Positions 54,836-64,000 of a stretch of 64,000 nt of DNA are shown in pieces; position 1 is the stretch's first letter; the number at the start of each line of letters is the position of its first letter. The notes under the pieces were generated by a model that saw only the letters and a list, made by a program, of their open reading frames with translations, made no database searches and had not been told where the DNA came from. Both the position numbers and the translations under genes were made by a program. The stretch covers positions 184-64,183 of the forward strand of contig CAYJEK010000006.1 of NCBI GenBank assembly GCA_964369205.1, written 5' to 3'. This DNA is from an uncultured Oscillospiraceae bacterium. GTDB taxonomy: Bacteria > Bacillota > Clostridia > Oscillospirales > Ruminococcaceae.

Positions 54836-55789
54836 ATGGTTAAATCAATGTTCGCGGCAATCGCAGGATTGCGTACGCACCAATCAAAAATGGATGTTAT
54901 TTCAAATAACATAGCAAATGTAAATACATGGGGATATAAATCAAGAAGTGCAAACTTCCAAGATGCTTTATATCAAAATGTTGTAAATTCAACAGGTGGC
55001 GATGCTACTGAAAATGGAACTGGTGGTGTTAATGCATCACAGCTTGGCTACGGTGTAAACCTTGGCTCAATTTCAACTAACTACACTCAAGGTGGTAGAG
55101 CATACACAGGATCTGCAAAAGACTTTATGATTAATGGTACAGGATTCTTTATCGTAGGGCCTTTAAATACTGCCGGTGTTGCAACAGATGGAATTTCAGG
55201 CTCAGCACTGCAATTATCAAGAGTTGGTATTTTTGGTCTTGATAACAATGGTTATTTAGTTGATGATCAAGGGAATTATGTTTACGGATTTAATCCAACA
55301 GCTGATGATACTGATGATCCAACACTTATGCTAGATACAACACTTCACGCTCTTCAAGTGCCATGGGAAACAGAGCCAACAGCAGGTGATCCAAGTGCAA
55401 CACCTCCAATTGATCCAACACCAGGTGAAAGATACCAACTAAGCCAAATTAAAATAGGTCTTGATGGTGTTATAACAGGTGTAACTGTTGATACAAATGA
55501 AACAATAGTTATAGGTCAAGTGGCACTAGCATCAGTTGAGAATACATCAGGGCTTGAGCAATCATCAGGTTATTTATATGAAGTAGCAGGAAATGCAGGT
55601 CAGGTTGTAGCACTCGCTCCAGGTGGTGCATTAGGACAAATTTTAAGTGGTTATCTAGAACAGTCTAACGTGGATTTAGCTACAGATATGGCTGATATGA
55701 TAACAACTCAAAGAGGTTATCAAGCAAACAGTAAAATTATTACAGTAACAGATGAAATGCTGGAAGTTTTAGTTAATATGAAACGATAA
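54836..55789 (+). CDS. flgE: flagellar hook protein FlgE
   Basis: The N-terminus is FAAIAGLRTHQSKMDVISNNIANVNTWGYK. The C-terminus is LEQSNVDLATDMADMITTQRGYQANSKIITVTDEM. Confidence 0.85.
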   Translation: MVKSMFAAIAGLRTHQSKMDVISNNIANVNTWGYKSRSANFQDALYQNVVNSTGGDATENGTGGVNASQLGYGVNLGSISTNYTQGGRAYTGSAKDFMINGTGFFIVGPLNTAGVATDGISGSALQLSRVGIFGLDNNGYLVDDQGNYVYGFNPTADDTDDPTLMLDTTLHALQVPWETEPTAGDPSATPPIDPTPGERYQLSQIKIGLDGVITGVTVDTNETIVIGQVALASVENTSGLEQSSGYLYEVAGNAGQVVALAPGGALGQILSGYLEQSNVDLATDMADMITTQRGYQANSKIITVTDEMLEVLVNMKR

Positions 55790-55811
55790 TTTTACCTAGA
55801 AAAATAGAATA

Positions 55812-55839
55812 ATAGCGGCAAAGTGATATTTGCCGCTAT
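55812..55839 (+). repeat. 11-bp GC-containing hairpin immediately after flgE
   Basis: atagcggcaaa-gtgata-tttgccgctat, with no strong U-tract. Confidence 0.8.
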
Positions 55840-55859
55840 ATATGGAAAGGTGACATGTT

Positions 55860-56063
55860 GTGATAGAACTAACAAAATTAAACGGAGAAGTTATATTAAT
55901 AAACCCCGATCAAATCGAGTATATAGAAATCATTCCAGAATCAAAAATTATTATGATTAATGGAAGATATCATATAGTAGAAGAGAGTAAGGATATAATA
56001 ATCGAAAAAATTATTTATTATAAAAAAAGCTGCAATAATCTTGCACAAAAGCTGGAGGGATAA
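55860..56063 (+). CDS. flbD: flagellar protein FlbD
   Basis: GTG start. MIELTKLNGEVILINPDQIEYIE matches the FlbD N-terminus. Confidence 0.8.
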   Translation: MIELTKLNGEVILINPDQIEYIEIIPESKIIMINGRYHIVEESKDIIIEKIIYYKKSCNNLAQKLEG

Positions 56064-56066
56064 AAA

Positions 56067-56879
56067 ATGGATATTACAACAGTATTGGGTATAGTTTTAG
56101 GTGCGGTACTTATTGTGGTTTCAATATTATTAAGTGGCGAAATAATGAACTTCTTTGATCCTGCTAGTATAATGATAGTTTTCGGTGGAACTTTAGCGGC
56201 TGTTATAGCTTCATACCCACTAGGAACACTTAAGAACACATTGAAACACTTTCCAAAATTATTAAAAGGCAAAGATTTTGAGCCAGAGCCAGTTATAGAA
56301 TCTTTAGTTGAATTTGCTCAAATAGCAAGAAAAAATGGTCTTTTAGCATTAGAAGAAAAAGCAAATGAATTAGATGATTTATTCTTTAAAACTGGTATTA
56401 TGCTTGTAGTAGATGCAACAGAAGCTGAAAAAGTTAGAAGTATGCTTGAGAGTGAAATTGCATTTATGGATGCAAGGCATGATGAAGAAGCGGGAATTTA
56501 TGATAAAGCAGCAGCCTTTGGCCCTGCCTTTGGTATGATAGGAACACTTGTTGGGCTTATAAATATGCTAGCTAGTATGGACCTTTCAGCAGGCTCTTCA
56601 AGTTCACTCGGCTCATCAATGTCGATAGCGATGGTTACAACCTTTTATGGTTGTGTTATTGCAAATTTGATATTTATGCCTATAGCAAAAAAATTAAGAA
56701 TAAGAAATGAAGAAGAAATTCTTTACAGACAAATTATAGTAGAGGGTGTTATGGGAATTCAATCAGGTGAAAACCCAAAAAACCTTAAAGAAAAATTATC
56801 TTCAATGCTACCTCAAAAACAAAAAATGAAACTACTTTCAGCTGAAGGTGGAGATGGTGGCGAAAAAGCTAAAAAATAG
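56067..56879 (+). CDS. motA: flagellar stator protein MotA
   Basis: 270 aa with four TM segments. PAFGMIGTLVGLI and TTFYGCVIANLIFMPIA motifs. Confidence 0.9.
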   Translation: MDITTVLGIVLGAVLIVVSILLSGEIMNFFDPASIMIVFGGTLAAVIASYPLGTLKNTLKHFPKLLKGKDFEPEPVIESLVEFAQIARKNGLLALEEKANELDDLFFKTGIMLVVDATEAEKVRSMLESEIAFMDARHDEEAGIYDKAAAFGPAFGMIGTLVGLINMLASMDLSAGSSSSLGSSMSIAMVTTFYGCVIANLIFMPIAKKLRIRNEEEILYRQIIVEGVMGIQSGENPKNLKEKLSSMLPQKQKMKLLSAEGGDGGEKAKK

Positions 56880-56928
56880 AAGATTAAATCTTTAAAAACA
56901 TTATTTACATAGGAAAAGGGGAGAAGCT

Positions 56929-57696
56929 GTGCAAAGGAAGAAAAAAGCTGCTGAAGGCGGAGCCGACTGGATGGGTACATATGGCGACTTAGTTACATTA
57001 CTGTTCTGTTTCTTTGTTTTATTATATTCAATATCAACAGTTGATGAAACGAAGTATATGAACCTTGTAAAAAGTTTAAACCCAGATGCGGTAGATGAAT
57101 TTTCTCAAATAGTTACAGATCAAACAGAGTTTGAGCCGGGTGAAGATCCACTAAAAGGCTCTACAGATGCTCAGTTTGAGGAATTGTATCACAACTTAGT
57201 TGAGGTTGCAAATCAATATCAAGAAACCTCAGATGTGCAAATAACTCTAGGTGATGGATATCAATTTATAACATTTAATGATAGTGTATTCTTCAATGGA
57301 GATTCCTCTGTTTTACTTCCTGAGGGAGCGGGCCTTTTAGATGAATTTACACAGGCAATAGCCCCAGCGGCAGATGCTATAAATGAAATTCATATTCTAG
57401 GACACACATCACAAGCAAATGCCACTGTTCCAAATAATGTATATACAGATAGAGTTTTATCTTCTACAAGAGCTGCAGTAGTAGTGGCATATATACAAGA
57501 AAAAAATATAATAGATCCAGTAAAATTAGTTTCCACAGGGTATGGGCAATTTCACCCTATAGACACTTTTGAGACGCCTGAGGGTAGGGCGAGAAATAGA
57601 CGTGTTGAAATGATTATTACAAAAGATGGGGCAATTGAAAAGGCGCTAGATGAATATTATAGCGAAGTTTATAATTATGATTCTCCACCAGTTTAA
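56929..57696 (+). CDS. motB: flagellar stator protein MotB (OmpA-like C-terminus)
   Basis: GTG start. WMGTYGDLVTLLFCFFVLL contains the conserved Asp. OmpA-like RNRRVEMII. Confidence 0.85.
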   Translation: MQRKKKAAEGGADWMGTYGDLVTLLFCFFVLLYSISTVDETKYMNLVKSLNPDAVDEFSQIVTDQTEFEPGEDPLKGSTDAQFEELYHNLVEVANQYQETSDVQITLGDGYQFITFNDSVFFNGDSSVLLPEGAGLLDEFTQAIAPAADAINEIHILGHTSQANATVPNNVYTDRVLSSTRAAVVVAYIQEKNIIDPVKLVSTGYGQFHPIDTFETPEGRARNRRVEMIITKDGAIEKALDEYYSEVYNYDSPPV

Positions 57697-57741
57697 ATGC
57701 CAGAATAAAAAACAAAATAATATGTAATTAGAGGTGATGAA

Positions 57742-58764
57742 ATGGCTGAAATATTGAGCCAAAGCCAGATAGATGAGCTTTTGAATTCAATGAACTCGCC
57801 CGCGGAAACTCCAAAAGAAAAACCGCAAGAAATGGTTCAGCAAGAAGAACAAAAATGGCGCAAATATGATTTTAATAGTCCGAAAAAGTTTACAAAAGAT
57901 AAACTTCGATTATTATCAAATATTTATGATAACTATGCAAGACTTATGTCGCTTAGATTAAATGGTGTTTTAAGAACTGTTGTTGAAGTTGAAATAACTT
58001 TAGTTGAAGAACAAAGATATTTTGAGTTTAATAATATGCTCGATGAAAGTGATGTTATTACAATAGTTGACACAAGAATTCAAGGAGAAAATAAATACAC
58101 TCCAATAATTTATTATATGAATCCTAGCATAATGGTTAATATGATAGATAGGATGCTTGGTGGCGGTGAGGAAGAAATATATCAATTAGGTCATTCCTAT
58201 AAATATACAGAAATCGAACTTGCTGTTTACGAAAAAATAATGTCAAACTTTATTTCAACAACTGTTGCTACCTGGCAAAATTATGTAACACTACAACACG
58301 GTAAAGAAGAAATCGAGGAAAATCCAATGATGTTCCAAGATATAAGCCTTGATGAGCCTGTTATAATTATAATGCTAAGCCTTAAAATGGGCGAGGTTAC
58401 GGGGAATTTAAATATTTGTATCCCGGGCACGATATTAACTAATGTATTTGCTGAAATGGATAGCAAGAAATTTATTAGTGGTGTGGATGATGAGGAATAC
58501 TTATCCACAAGTGAAATGATTATGAAATCTCTACATAAAAGCACACTTCAAATCAGTGCAATTCTTGGAGGAGCCACTCTTGATTTACAAGATGTGTATA
58601 ACTTGCAAGTTGGCGATGTTATTGATTTGGCAAAACCAAAAGATTCACAGGTAACACTGTGTATTGAAGGTCAGCCTTGGTTTGAGGGCAAATTAGGGGT
58701 TTATAATAAAAATTCAGCAGTACAAATAGAAACAAAGCTAGCTGAAGAAATAGAAGCGGAATAG
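57742..58764 (+). CDS. fliM: flagellar motor switch protein FliM
   Basis: The N-terminal LSQSQIDELL is a CheY-P binding motif. 340 aa with a SpoA-like C-terminus. Confidence 0.9.
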   Translation: MAEILSQSQIDELLNSMNSPAETPKEKPQEMVQQEEQKWRKYDFNSPKKFTKDKLRLLSNIYDNYARLMSLRLNGVLRTVVEVEITLVEEQRYFEFNNMLDESDVITIVDTRIQGENKYTPIIYYMNPSIMVNMIDRMLGGGEEEIYQLGHSYKYTEIELAVYEKIMSNFISTTVATWQNYVTLQHGKEEIEENPMMFQDISLDEPVIIIMLSLKMGEVTGNLNICIPGTILTNVFAEMDSKKFISGVDDEEYLSTSEMIMKSLHKSTLQISAILGGATLDLQDVYNLQVGDVIDLAKPKDSQVTLCIEGQPWFEGKLGVYNKNSAVQIETKLAEEIEAE

Positions 58765-58808
58765 TTTATTAAATAATTATATTTTTATTAAAAGGTAGGT
58801 AAAGAAAA

Positions 58809-59168
58809 ATGGCTAAAATTTTAGTAGTAGATGATGCTGCATTTATGAGAATGATGATTAAAGACACTTTAACAAAAGGTGGCTACACAGATTTAATAGA
58901 AGCGGCAGATGGAGCTATAGCTGTAGAGCAATTTAAGGCGGAATCACCAAATCTTGTTATATTAGATATAACAATGCCAAACAAAAATGGACTAGAAGCA
59001 TTAAAAGAAATTAAAGCAATAGACCCAGCAGCACAAGTTATTATGTGTTCTGCAATGGGGCAAGAATCAATGGTTATTGATGCTATTAAATCAGGCGCAA
59101 AAGACTTTATTGTAAAGCCATTTAAAGCTGAAAGAATTATTGAGGCTGTTGGTAAAATTTTAGGTTAA
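58809..59168 (+). CDS. cheY: chemotaxis response regulator CheY
   Basis: ILVVDDAAFMR, LVILDITMPN and FIVKPF motifs. 119 aa. Confidence 0.9.
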   Translation: MAKILVVDDAAFMRMMIKDTLTKGGYTDLIEAADGAIAVEQFKAESPNLVILDITMPNKNGLEALKEIKAIDPAAQVIMCSAMGQESMVIDAIKSGAKDFIVKPFKAERIIEAVGKILG

Positions 59169-59235
59169 TAGCTTTATAAAGTATCTTAAATAGAATTAAA
59201 TTCCTTTAAGATAAATTAAAAAGGGGTGAAAGATT

Positions 59236-59676
59236 ATGGCTTTTTTAAGCTCATTAAATATTAGTGCCTCAGGAATGACGGCTCAAAGATTAAGGCTTGA
59301 TATAGCATCAGAAAATATTGCCAATATCGAAACAACACGAACTGAAGATGGAACACCATATCAAAGAAAAATGGTTGTTTTAGAAAGTGTTGAGGGTGAT
59401 TTTCAATCAATATTAAAGGGAAAAATGGATTTAGATGGTACACAGAGTGCAGGAGTAGTTGTTTCAGAAATTATAGATGATGAAACAGAATTTACACCAG
59501 TTTATAATCCAGAGCATCCGGATGCTAATGAAGAAGGATATGTTTTAATGCCAAATGTTGATTTAGTTAAAGAAACTGCTGATGCAATGGCAGCATACAG
59601 ATCTTACGAGGCCAATGTTACTGCATTTAATACAGTGCATGCAATGGCACAAAAAGCACTTGAAATTGGAAAATAA
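59236..59676 (+). CDS. flgC: flagellar basal-body rod protein FlgC (non-canonical position)
   Basis: LNISASGMTAQRLRLDIASENIANIETT, a PYQRKMVV-type segment, and a C-terminal VDLVKETADAMAAYRSYEANV. Confidence 0.85.
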   Translation: MAFLSSLNISASGMTAQRLRLDIASENIANIETTRTEDGTPYQRKMVVLESVEGDFQSILKGKMDLDGTQSAGVVVSEIIDDETEFTPVYNPEHPDANEEGYVLMPNVDLVKETADAMAAYRSYEANVTAFNTVHAMAQKALEIGK

Positions 59677-59713
59677 AATTTAAAAATAGTTTGCTGGAAA
59701 GAGAGATAAATAA

Positions 59714-60916
59714 ATGGATGCGAATAAATTAACTTCAATGGAAATTGATGCAATAGGTGAGATACTTAATATTAGTTTAGGCTCAGCCGCAACAGCAATT
59801 TCCACTATGCTGAGTAGTCGAGTTGATATAACATCACCAATAGTAAGAGTTAGACAAAAAGACTCTTTTGAGTTTTCTCAATTAGAGCCTGCAGTAGGTG
59901 TTGAGATAGCTTATCAAGAAGGGTTAACAGGAAGTAATGTTATGGTGTTAAAACGTTCAGACGTTGGCATTATTATTAGCATGCTTTTAGGATATGAATA
60001 TGAAGCTGATTTTGAACTAGATGAAATTTCAACTAGTGCTATTGGCGAGGTTATGAATCAAATGATGGGCGCATCATCAACTGCTATGGCTGAAATGCTA
60101 AATAAAACAGTTGATATAACAACTCCTGTTGTTTTTGAAATTGATGATTCAGAACAATTTAAAGAAAAATATTTTTCTGGGAAAGAGTTAATGGTTGAAG
60201 TTAATTTTACACTAAGTATTGGTGATAAAGTTAGCAGTGAATTTATTAATATGCTTCCATTAGAATTAGTTAAGGAAATTGTTGGTGGCTTCTTTAAACA
60301 ATCAGGTATAGTTATTGAAGAAGAAACACCTACTCCTAGTGTAGATGAAGCACCAGCGCCTATCTCTACTCCAGTTCAAGAAACTCCACAAGCACCAGTA
60401 GAACAAGCTCCAGTGCAAGCACCAGCGCCGACTCCAGCACCAGCTCCTGCACCAGTAGCTCCTACAGCAGCACCTGCACCAGTGGCTACAGCGGCACCTG
60501 TTGCAAATGATCAATTAAGCCAAACTTTAAATCAAATGGCTCAAATGATGCAGCAACAAATGATGATGACTCAGGCGATGATGCAAAATTCTACTGGAAA
60601 TAAGAAAATAAAAGTTAATGCTATTCCACAGCCTAACTTAAATATGGGAGATATGCCAATAATTGAAGATTCTAATCTTGATTTAGTAATGGGTGTTCCT
60701 GTTGAAGTTAGCGTTGAAATAGGCAGAACGAAAAAATTAGTAAAAGATATCTTAGAATTAAATAAAGGCTCTTTAGTTGTTTTAGATAAATTAGCAGGAG
60801 AACAAGTTGATTTATTTGTAAATGGCAGATGTATAGCTCACGGCGACGTTGTTGTTGTTGATGATAGCTTTGCAATAAGAGTTACAGAAATAATTTCAGA
60901 AGAAGTAGAGGTATAA
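59714..60916 (+). CDS. fliY: flagellar motor switch phosphatase FliY (CheC-like plus FliN domains)
   Basis: CheC-type EIDAIGEILNISLGSAATA and AIGEVMNQMMGAS motifs, a Pro/Ala-rich linker, and a FliN SpoA C-terminus (VPVEVSVEIGRTKK…GDVVVVDDSFAIRVTEI). Confidence 0.85.
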   Translation: MDANKLTSMEIDAIGEILNISLGSAATAISTMLSSRVDITSPIVRVRQKDSFEFSQLEPAVGVEIAYQEGLTGSNVMVLKRSDVGIIISMLLGYEYEADFELDEISTSAIGEVMNQMMGASSTAMAEMLNKTVDITTPVVFEIDDSEQFKEKYFSGKELMVEVNFTLSIGDKVSSEFINMLPLELVKEIVGGFFKQSGIVIEEETPTPSVDEAPAPISTPVQETPQAPVEQAPVQAPAPTPAPAPAPVAPTAAPAPVATAAPVANDQLSQTLNQMAQMMQQQMMMTQAMMQNSTGNKKIKVNAIPQPNLNMGDMPIIEDSNLDLVMGVPVEVSVEIGRTKKLVKDILELNKGSLVVLDKLAGEQVDLFVNGRCIAHGDVVVVDDSFAIRVTEIISEEVEV

Positions 60917-60925
60917 AAATAGTTT

Positions 60926-61273
60926 ATGTTTGAGGCTATCATATCAGGAATAGGAAGCTTAATAGTTGTTGCACTTATAATGTATCTTGCATACTTTGTT
61001 TCAAAAAATATTGGGCGAATTCCATCAATGAAGAATTCATCTGGTAATATGCAGGTGATAGATAGAATTATGATAGGTCAAGATAGGGCTCTTTTAATAG
61101 TAAAAGTAGCACAAAGCTACCTTTTAGTGTCTTCTGCTCAAAATTCTATAACTATTTTAAAAGAATTAAACGAGGAAAATCTTGTTTTAACTCAAGCGGA
61201 CTCTATAAATTTTGAAAAACTTGATTTTAAAGAAATACTAGAAAAATTTAAAAAAGGAGACACTAATAAATGA
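60926..61273 (+). CDS. fliO: flagellar biosynthesis protein FliO/FliZ
   Basis: 115 aa with a single N-terminal TM. MQVIDRIMIGQDRALLIVKV motif, positioned before fliP. Confidence 0.65.
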   Translation: MFEAIISGIGSLIVVALIMYLAYFVSKNIGRIPSMKNSSGNMQVIDRIMIGQDRALLIVKVAQSYLLVSSAQNSITILKELNEENLVLTQADSINFEKLDFKEILEKFKKGDTNK

Positions 61274-61929
61274 CAGATTCCCTAGTTAGTATAAACGCTG
61301 GCTCAGTGCCAACTCTTGATATTATGTTAATGCTAACACTGCTGATGCTTTTGCCATCAATAGTGATAATGATGACATCGTTTGTTAGAATAATAATAAT
61401 CCTTTCTTTTACAAGGCAAGCAATGGGTATGCAGCAAACACCTCCTAATATGGTGCTCACTGGCATGGCATTGCTTTTAACCTTATTTATAATGACTCCT
61501 GTTATTGAAGAGATAAACACTATAGCTTACGAGCCGTATTCAAATCAGGAGATAACACAGGAAGAAGCCCTAGACCTTGCGCAAGATCCCATAAAGGAAT
61601 TTATGCTCGCAAGAACAGAAGCAGATACACTTAATATGTATCTTGATATGTCGGGCATAACACCAACGCAAGATCCAATGGACCTGCCGCTAACGGTTAT
61701 AGTTCCATCCTTTATGACAAATGAATTAGCAAGAGGATTTACAGCAGGACTTTTACTATATCTTCCATTTTTATTAATAGATATTATAGTATCAAGCACA
61801 CTTATGTCGATGGGTATGATTATGCTTTCTCCTGCCACAATATCAATACCATTTAAAATATTGCTTTTTGTATCGCTTGATGGGTGGGAGTTATTATTCT
61901 CTTCAATAGCACAAAGCTTTTTGATTTGA
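61270..61929 (+). CDS. fliP: flagellar export apparatus protein FliP
   Basis: IIIILSFTRQAMGMQQTPPN and LFIMTPV motifs. ATGA overlap with fliO. Confidence 0.95.
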   Translation: MTDSLVSINAGSVPTLDIMLMLTLLMLLPSIVIMMTSFVRIIIILSFTRQAMGMQQTPPNMVLTGMALLLTLFIMTPVIEEINTIAYEPYSNQEITQEEALDLAQDPIKEFMLARTEADTLNMYLDMSGITPTQDPMDLPLTVIVPSFMTNELARGFTAGLLLYLPFLLIDIIVSSTLMSMGMIMLSPATISIPFKILLFVSLDGWELLFSSIAQSFLI

Positions 61930-62007
61930 CAAAGTAGAGGCTATATAAGTTTGTATAATTATTAAAAATAGTAAAAACAAACCTTAGAGAAAGGAATAAT
62001 TTTAAAA

Positions 62008-62271
62008 ATGACAACTGGCGAAATAAGTGATGTTTTTTATCAAATGTTCCTTTTGGCTGTAAGGCTTGGAGGACCAATACTATTAGTGGCAATGCTAGTA
62101 GGTGTAATTGTTGCTATTATTCAAGCAGCAACTCAAATAAATGAGCAAACTTTAACATTTGTTCCAAAAGTATTAGTTATAGGCGTTATGCTTGTTGTAA
62201 TGGGCAATGCAATGCTCACAGAAATGCAAGATTTCGTAAAATACATTTTAGAATTAATAGTTAGGGGATAG
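62008..62271 (+). CDS. fliQ: flagellar export apparatus protein FliQ
   Basis: 87 aa. GPILLVAMLVGVIVAIIQAATQINEQTLTFVPK. Confidence 0.9.
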   Translation: MTTGEISDVFYQMFLLAVRLGGPILLVAMLVGVIVAIIQAATQINEQTLTFVPKVLVIGVMLVVMGNAMLTEMQDFVKYILELIVRG

Positions 62272-62274
62272 ATT

Positions 62275-63045
62275 ATGCTTATTCCGGGAACAAGCGAGTT
62301 TTTGCTCTTTAGTTTAATAGTTGCAAGGATGTCAGGGTTTGTATTTTTTAATCCTATAGTGGGAAGAAGCAATATTCCAAGCATCTTTAAAACAGGACTA
62401 ACTCTTCTTTTAGCAATTATAATCTTTCCGATTGCAACTGTTAGTGTTGTAGATATTCCAAATTCTTTTATGTTTGGATATTTAATTCTAAAAGAAATGG
62501 TGGTAGGCTTTTTCATAGGAATGATAATGTATTTCTTTGAAATGGTTCCATTATATGCAGGAACGGCAATAGATTTTAAAATGGGTATATCAATGGCAAC
62601 TATCTATGATCCGCAAACAGGAACACAGGTGGCTGTAACGGCGAATATCCTTCAAATTTACTACTTATTACTATTCTTTGCAGTAGATGGACACTTAGCA
62701 CTTTTTAAAATATTAATAACATCATATGAATTACTCCCCTATGGGGCAGTGGCATTTTCAAATGATTTATATACTCCTATAGTCACAATTTTTTCAGAAT
62801 GTATGTCGCTTGCGATAACATTAGCATTCCCTTTACTAGCATTTGAATTAATTTGTGAGATTGCAATAGGACTTTTAATGAGAATTATTTCTCAAATAAA
62901 CTTATTTATTTTAAGTATACAAATACGTATCGTAGTAGGACTTGCGCTTTTACTGTTTTTAATTTCACCAATGGGAGAATTTTTAACAGGAGTAATAACT
63001 ACAATGATGGATAGAATACAAGATGTATTACTTTTATTAAGCTAA
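62275..63045 (+). CDS. fliR: flagellar export apparatus protein FliR
   Basis: 256 aa, polytopic. FLLFSLIVARMSGFVFFNP N-terminus. Confidence 0.9.
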   Translation: MLIPGTSEFLLFSLIVARMSGFVFFNPIVGRSNIPSIFKTGLTLLLAIIIFPIATVSVVDIPNSFMFGYLILKEMVVGFFIGMIMYFFEMVPLYAGTAIDFKMGISMATIYDPQTGTQVAVTANILQIYYLLLFFAVDGHLALFKILITSYELLPYGAVAFSNDLYTPIVTIFSECMSLAITLAFPLLAFELICEIAIGLLMRIISQINLFILSIQIRIVVGLALLLFLISPMGEFLTGVITTMMDRIQDVLLLLS

Positions 63046-63062
63046 AGGATGTGAGTTAAACT

Positions 63063-64000
63063 TTGTCTTCACAATCAAAAACAGAAAAACCCACCGCCAA
63101 GAAAAGAAGGGATGAGCGAAAAGAAGGCAATGTATTTCAAAGTAAAGATGTTACTAATGTAGGATTTTTGTTACTTGCTTTTTTATCAATAACAAATTCG
63201 TTCTCCTCTATGTATCAGCAACTTGAGAAAACTTTTGATACATACTTTGATTTAATATCAAACAATACAACTTTAAGCCATGAAGTTTTAAATGAAATAT
63301 CTATAGATTTATTTTTAACGTCGCTAATATGTGTTTTACCAATAGCTATAACTTGTGTTGTAGCGGCAATAATTCTTTGCGGGATGCAAACAAGATTTTT
63401 ATTCGCGGCAAAAGCTTTAAAACCAAAGCTTAGTAAATTAAATCCTATTGAGGGAATTAAAAAACTATTTTCATTAAAAAACTTTGTTGAACTTATTAAA
63501 AATATACTTAAAATAATAATACTTGTCTATGTTGTGTATTCTCTTTTAATGGAATATGCACCGCAAGTTATAAGAATGTTAAATATGGAAATTGCAACTT
63601 CTTCTAGATTAATGGTTGATATGGGTATGGATTTAGTTATGCAAGTTGTTTTAGTTTTTGCATTTGTTGCATTTTTGGATTATTTATTCCAAAGATGGGA
63701 CCATGAAAGAAAATTAATGATGACAAAGCAAGAAGTTAAAGAAGAATTTAAGCAATTAGAGGGTAATCCGGAAATAAAGGGTAAAATAAAAAATATGCAA
63801 AGGCAAAGGGCAAGAAGCAGAATGATTCAAGCAGTGCCCGCCGCCGATGTAGTTATAAGAAACCCAACTCACTATGCTGTAGCTTTAAAATATGAGCAGG
63901 GAGTGAGCGCCGCACCAATAGTTTTAGCTATGGGACAAGATTCACTAGCGCTAAAAATTATTGAAGTGGCAAATGAAAATAATGTTACTGTAGTGGAAAA
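63063..64000 (+). CDS. flhB: flagellar export switch protein FlhB (partial; continues beyond the window end)
   Basis: Not in the ORF track because there is no stop in the window. TTG start, then SSQSKTEKPTAKKRRDERKEGNVFQSKDV. Also MMTKQEVKEEFKQLEGNPEIKG and the RNPTHYAVAL autocleavage site. Confidence 0.88.
   Translation, partial: MSSQSKTEKPTAKKRRDERKEGNVFQSKDVTNVGFLLLAFLSITNSFSSMYQQLEKTFDTYFDLISNNTTLSHEVLNEISIDLFLTSLICVLPIAITCVVAAIILCGMQTRFLFAAKALKPKLSKLNPIEGIKKLFSLKNFVELIKNILKIIILVYVVYSLLMEYAPQVIRMLNMEIATSSRLMVDMGMDLVMQVVLVFAFVAFLDYLFQRWDHERKLMMTKQEVKEEFKQLEGNPEIKGKIKNMQRQRARSRMIQAVPAADVVIRNPTHYAVALKYEQGVSAAPIVLAMGQDSLALKIIEVANENNVTVVE

Noticed and set aside
60302-60514. Cys/Arg/Trp-rich 70-aa antisense ORF within fliY
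   Set aside because: It is the reverse-frame reading of the GC-richer Pro/Ala-rich linker (APAPTPAPAPAPVAP…) of FliY, and so is an artefact of low-complexity repeat DNA.

Overview
The window is chromosomal core DNA from a low-GC Firmicute. The gene content points to a Clostridia-like, spore-forming and flagellated organism, which is an inference from that content. No rRNA, tRNA, CRISPR array, transposase or phage gene was seen.

Gene content from left to right:
- alr (partial) and ttcA, then rplM-rpsI.
- A small Cys-rich ORF divergent from an XRE regulator.
- A minus-strand purine operon behind a guanine riboswitch: purE-purM-purN-purO-like-purH(AICARFT only)-purD-purL.
- rlmB followed by a 1019-aa membrane protein that reads like a catalytically dead P-type ATPase.
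- ogg, fba, a flavodoxin, and a lipoprotein made of two repeated domains.
- A three-gene glycosyltransferase cluster.
- spo0A, a MATE pump, a SigH-like sigma factor and a zinc-ribbon protein.
- ylxM-ffh, a 111-bp tandem repeat, then rpsP-khpA-rimM-trmD.
- ptsH, uvrC-rsmD-coaD, and a 23-aa SpoVM-like ORF that is missing from the ORF track.
- From about 36 kb onward, a motility supercluster: a GGDEF(degenerate)-EAL protein; flagellin with a SigD-type promoter; cheA-cheW-cheR-cheB; a FliK-like protein paired with a free-standing FlhB C-terminal paralog; a PilZ protein; and a long fla operon, flgB-fliE-fliF-fliG-fliH-fliI-fliJ-fliK-flgD-flgE-flbD-motA-motB-fliM-cheY-flgC-fliY-fliO-fliP-fliQ-fliR-flhB (partial).

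The least explained signals are:
- the structured 111-bp tandem repeat between ffh and rpsP;
- a seven-copy TGTTGAAAAC motif array in the 17.4 kb intergenic region;
- the pseudo-P-type ATPase;
- the FliK-like/FlhB-CC gene pair;
- the relocated flgC.

All functional calls come from reading the translations and motifs by eye. No database search was run.
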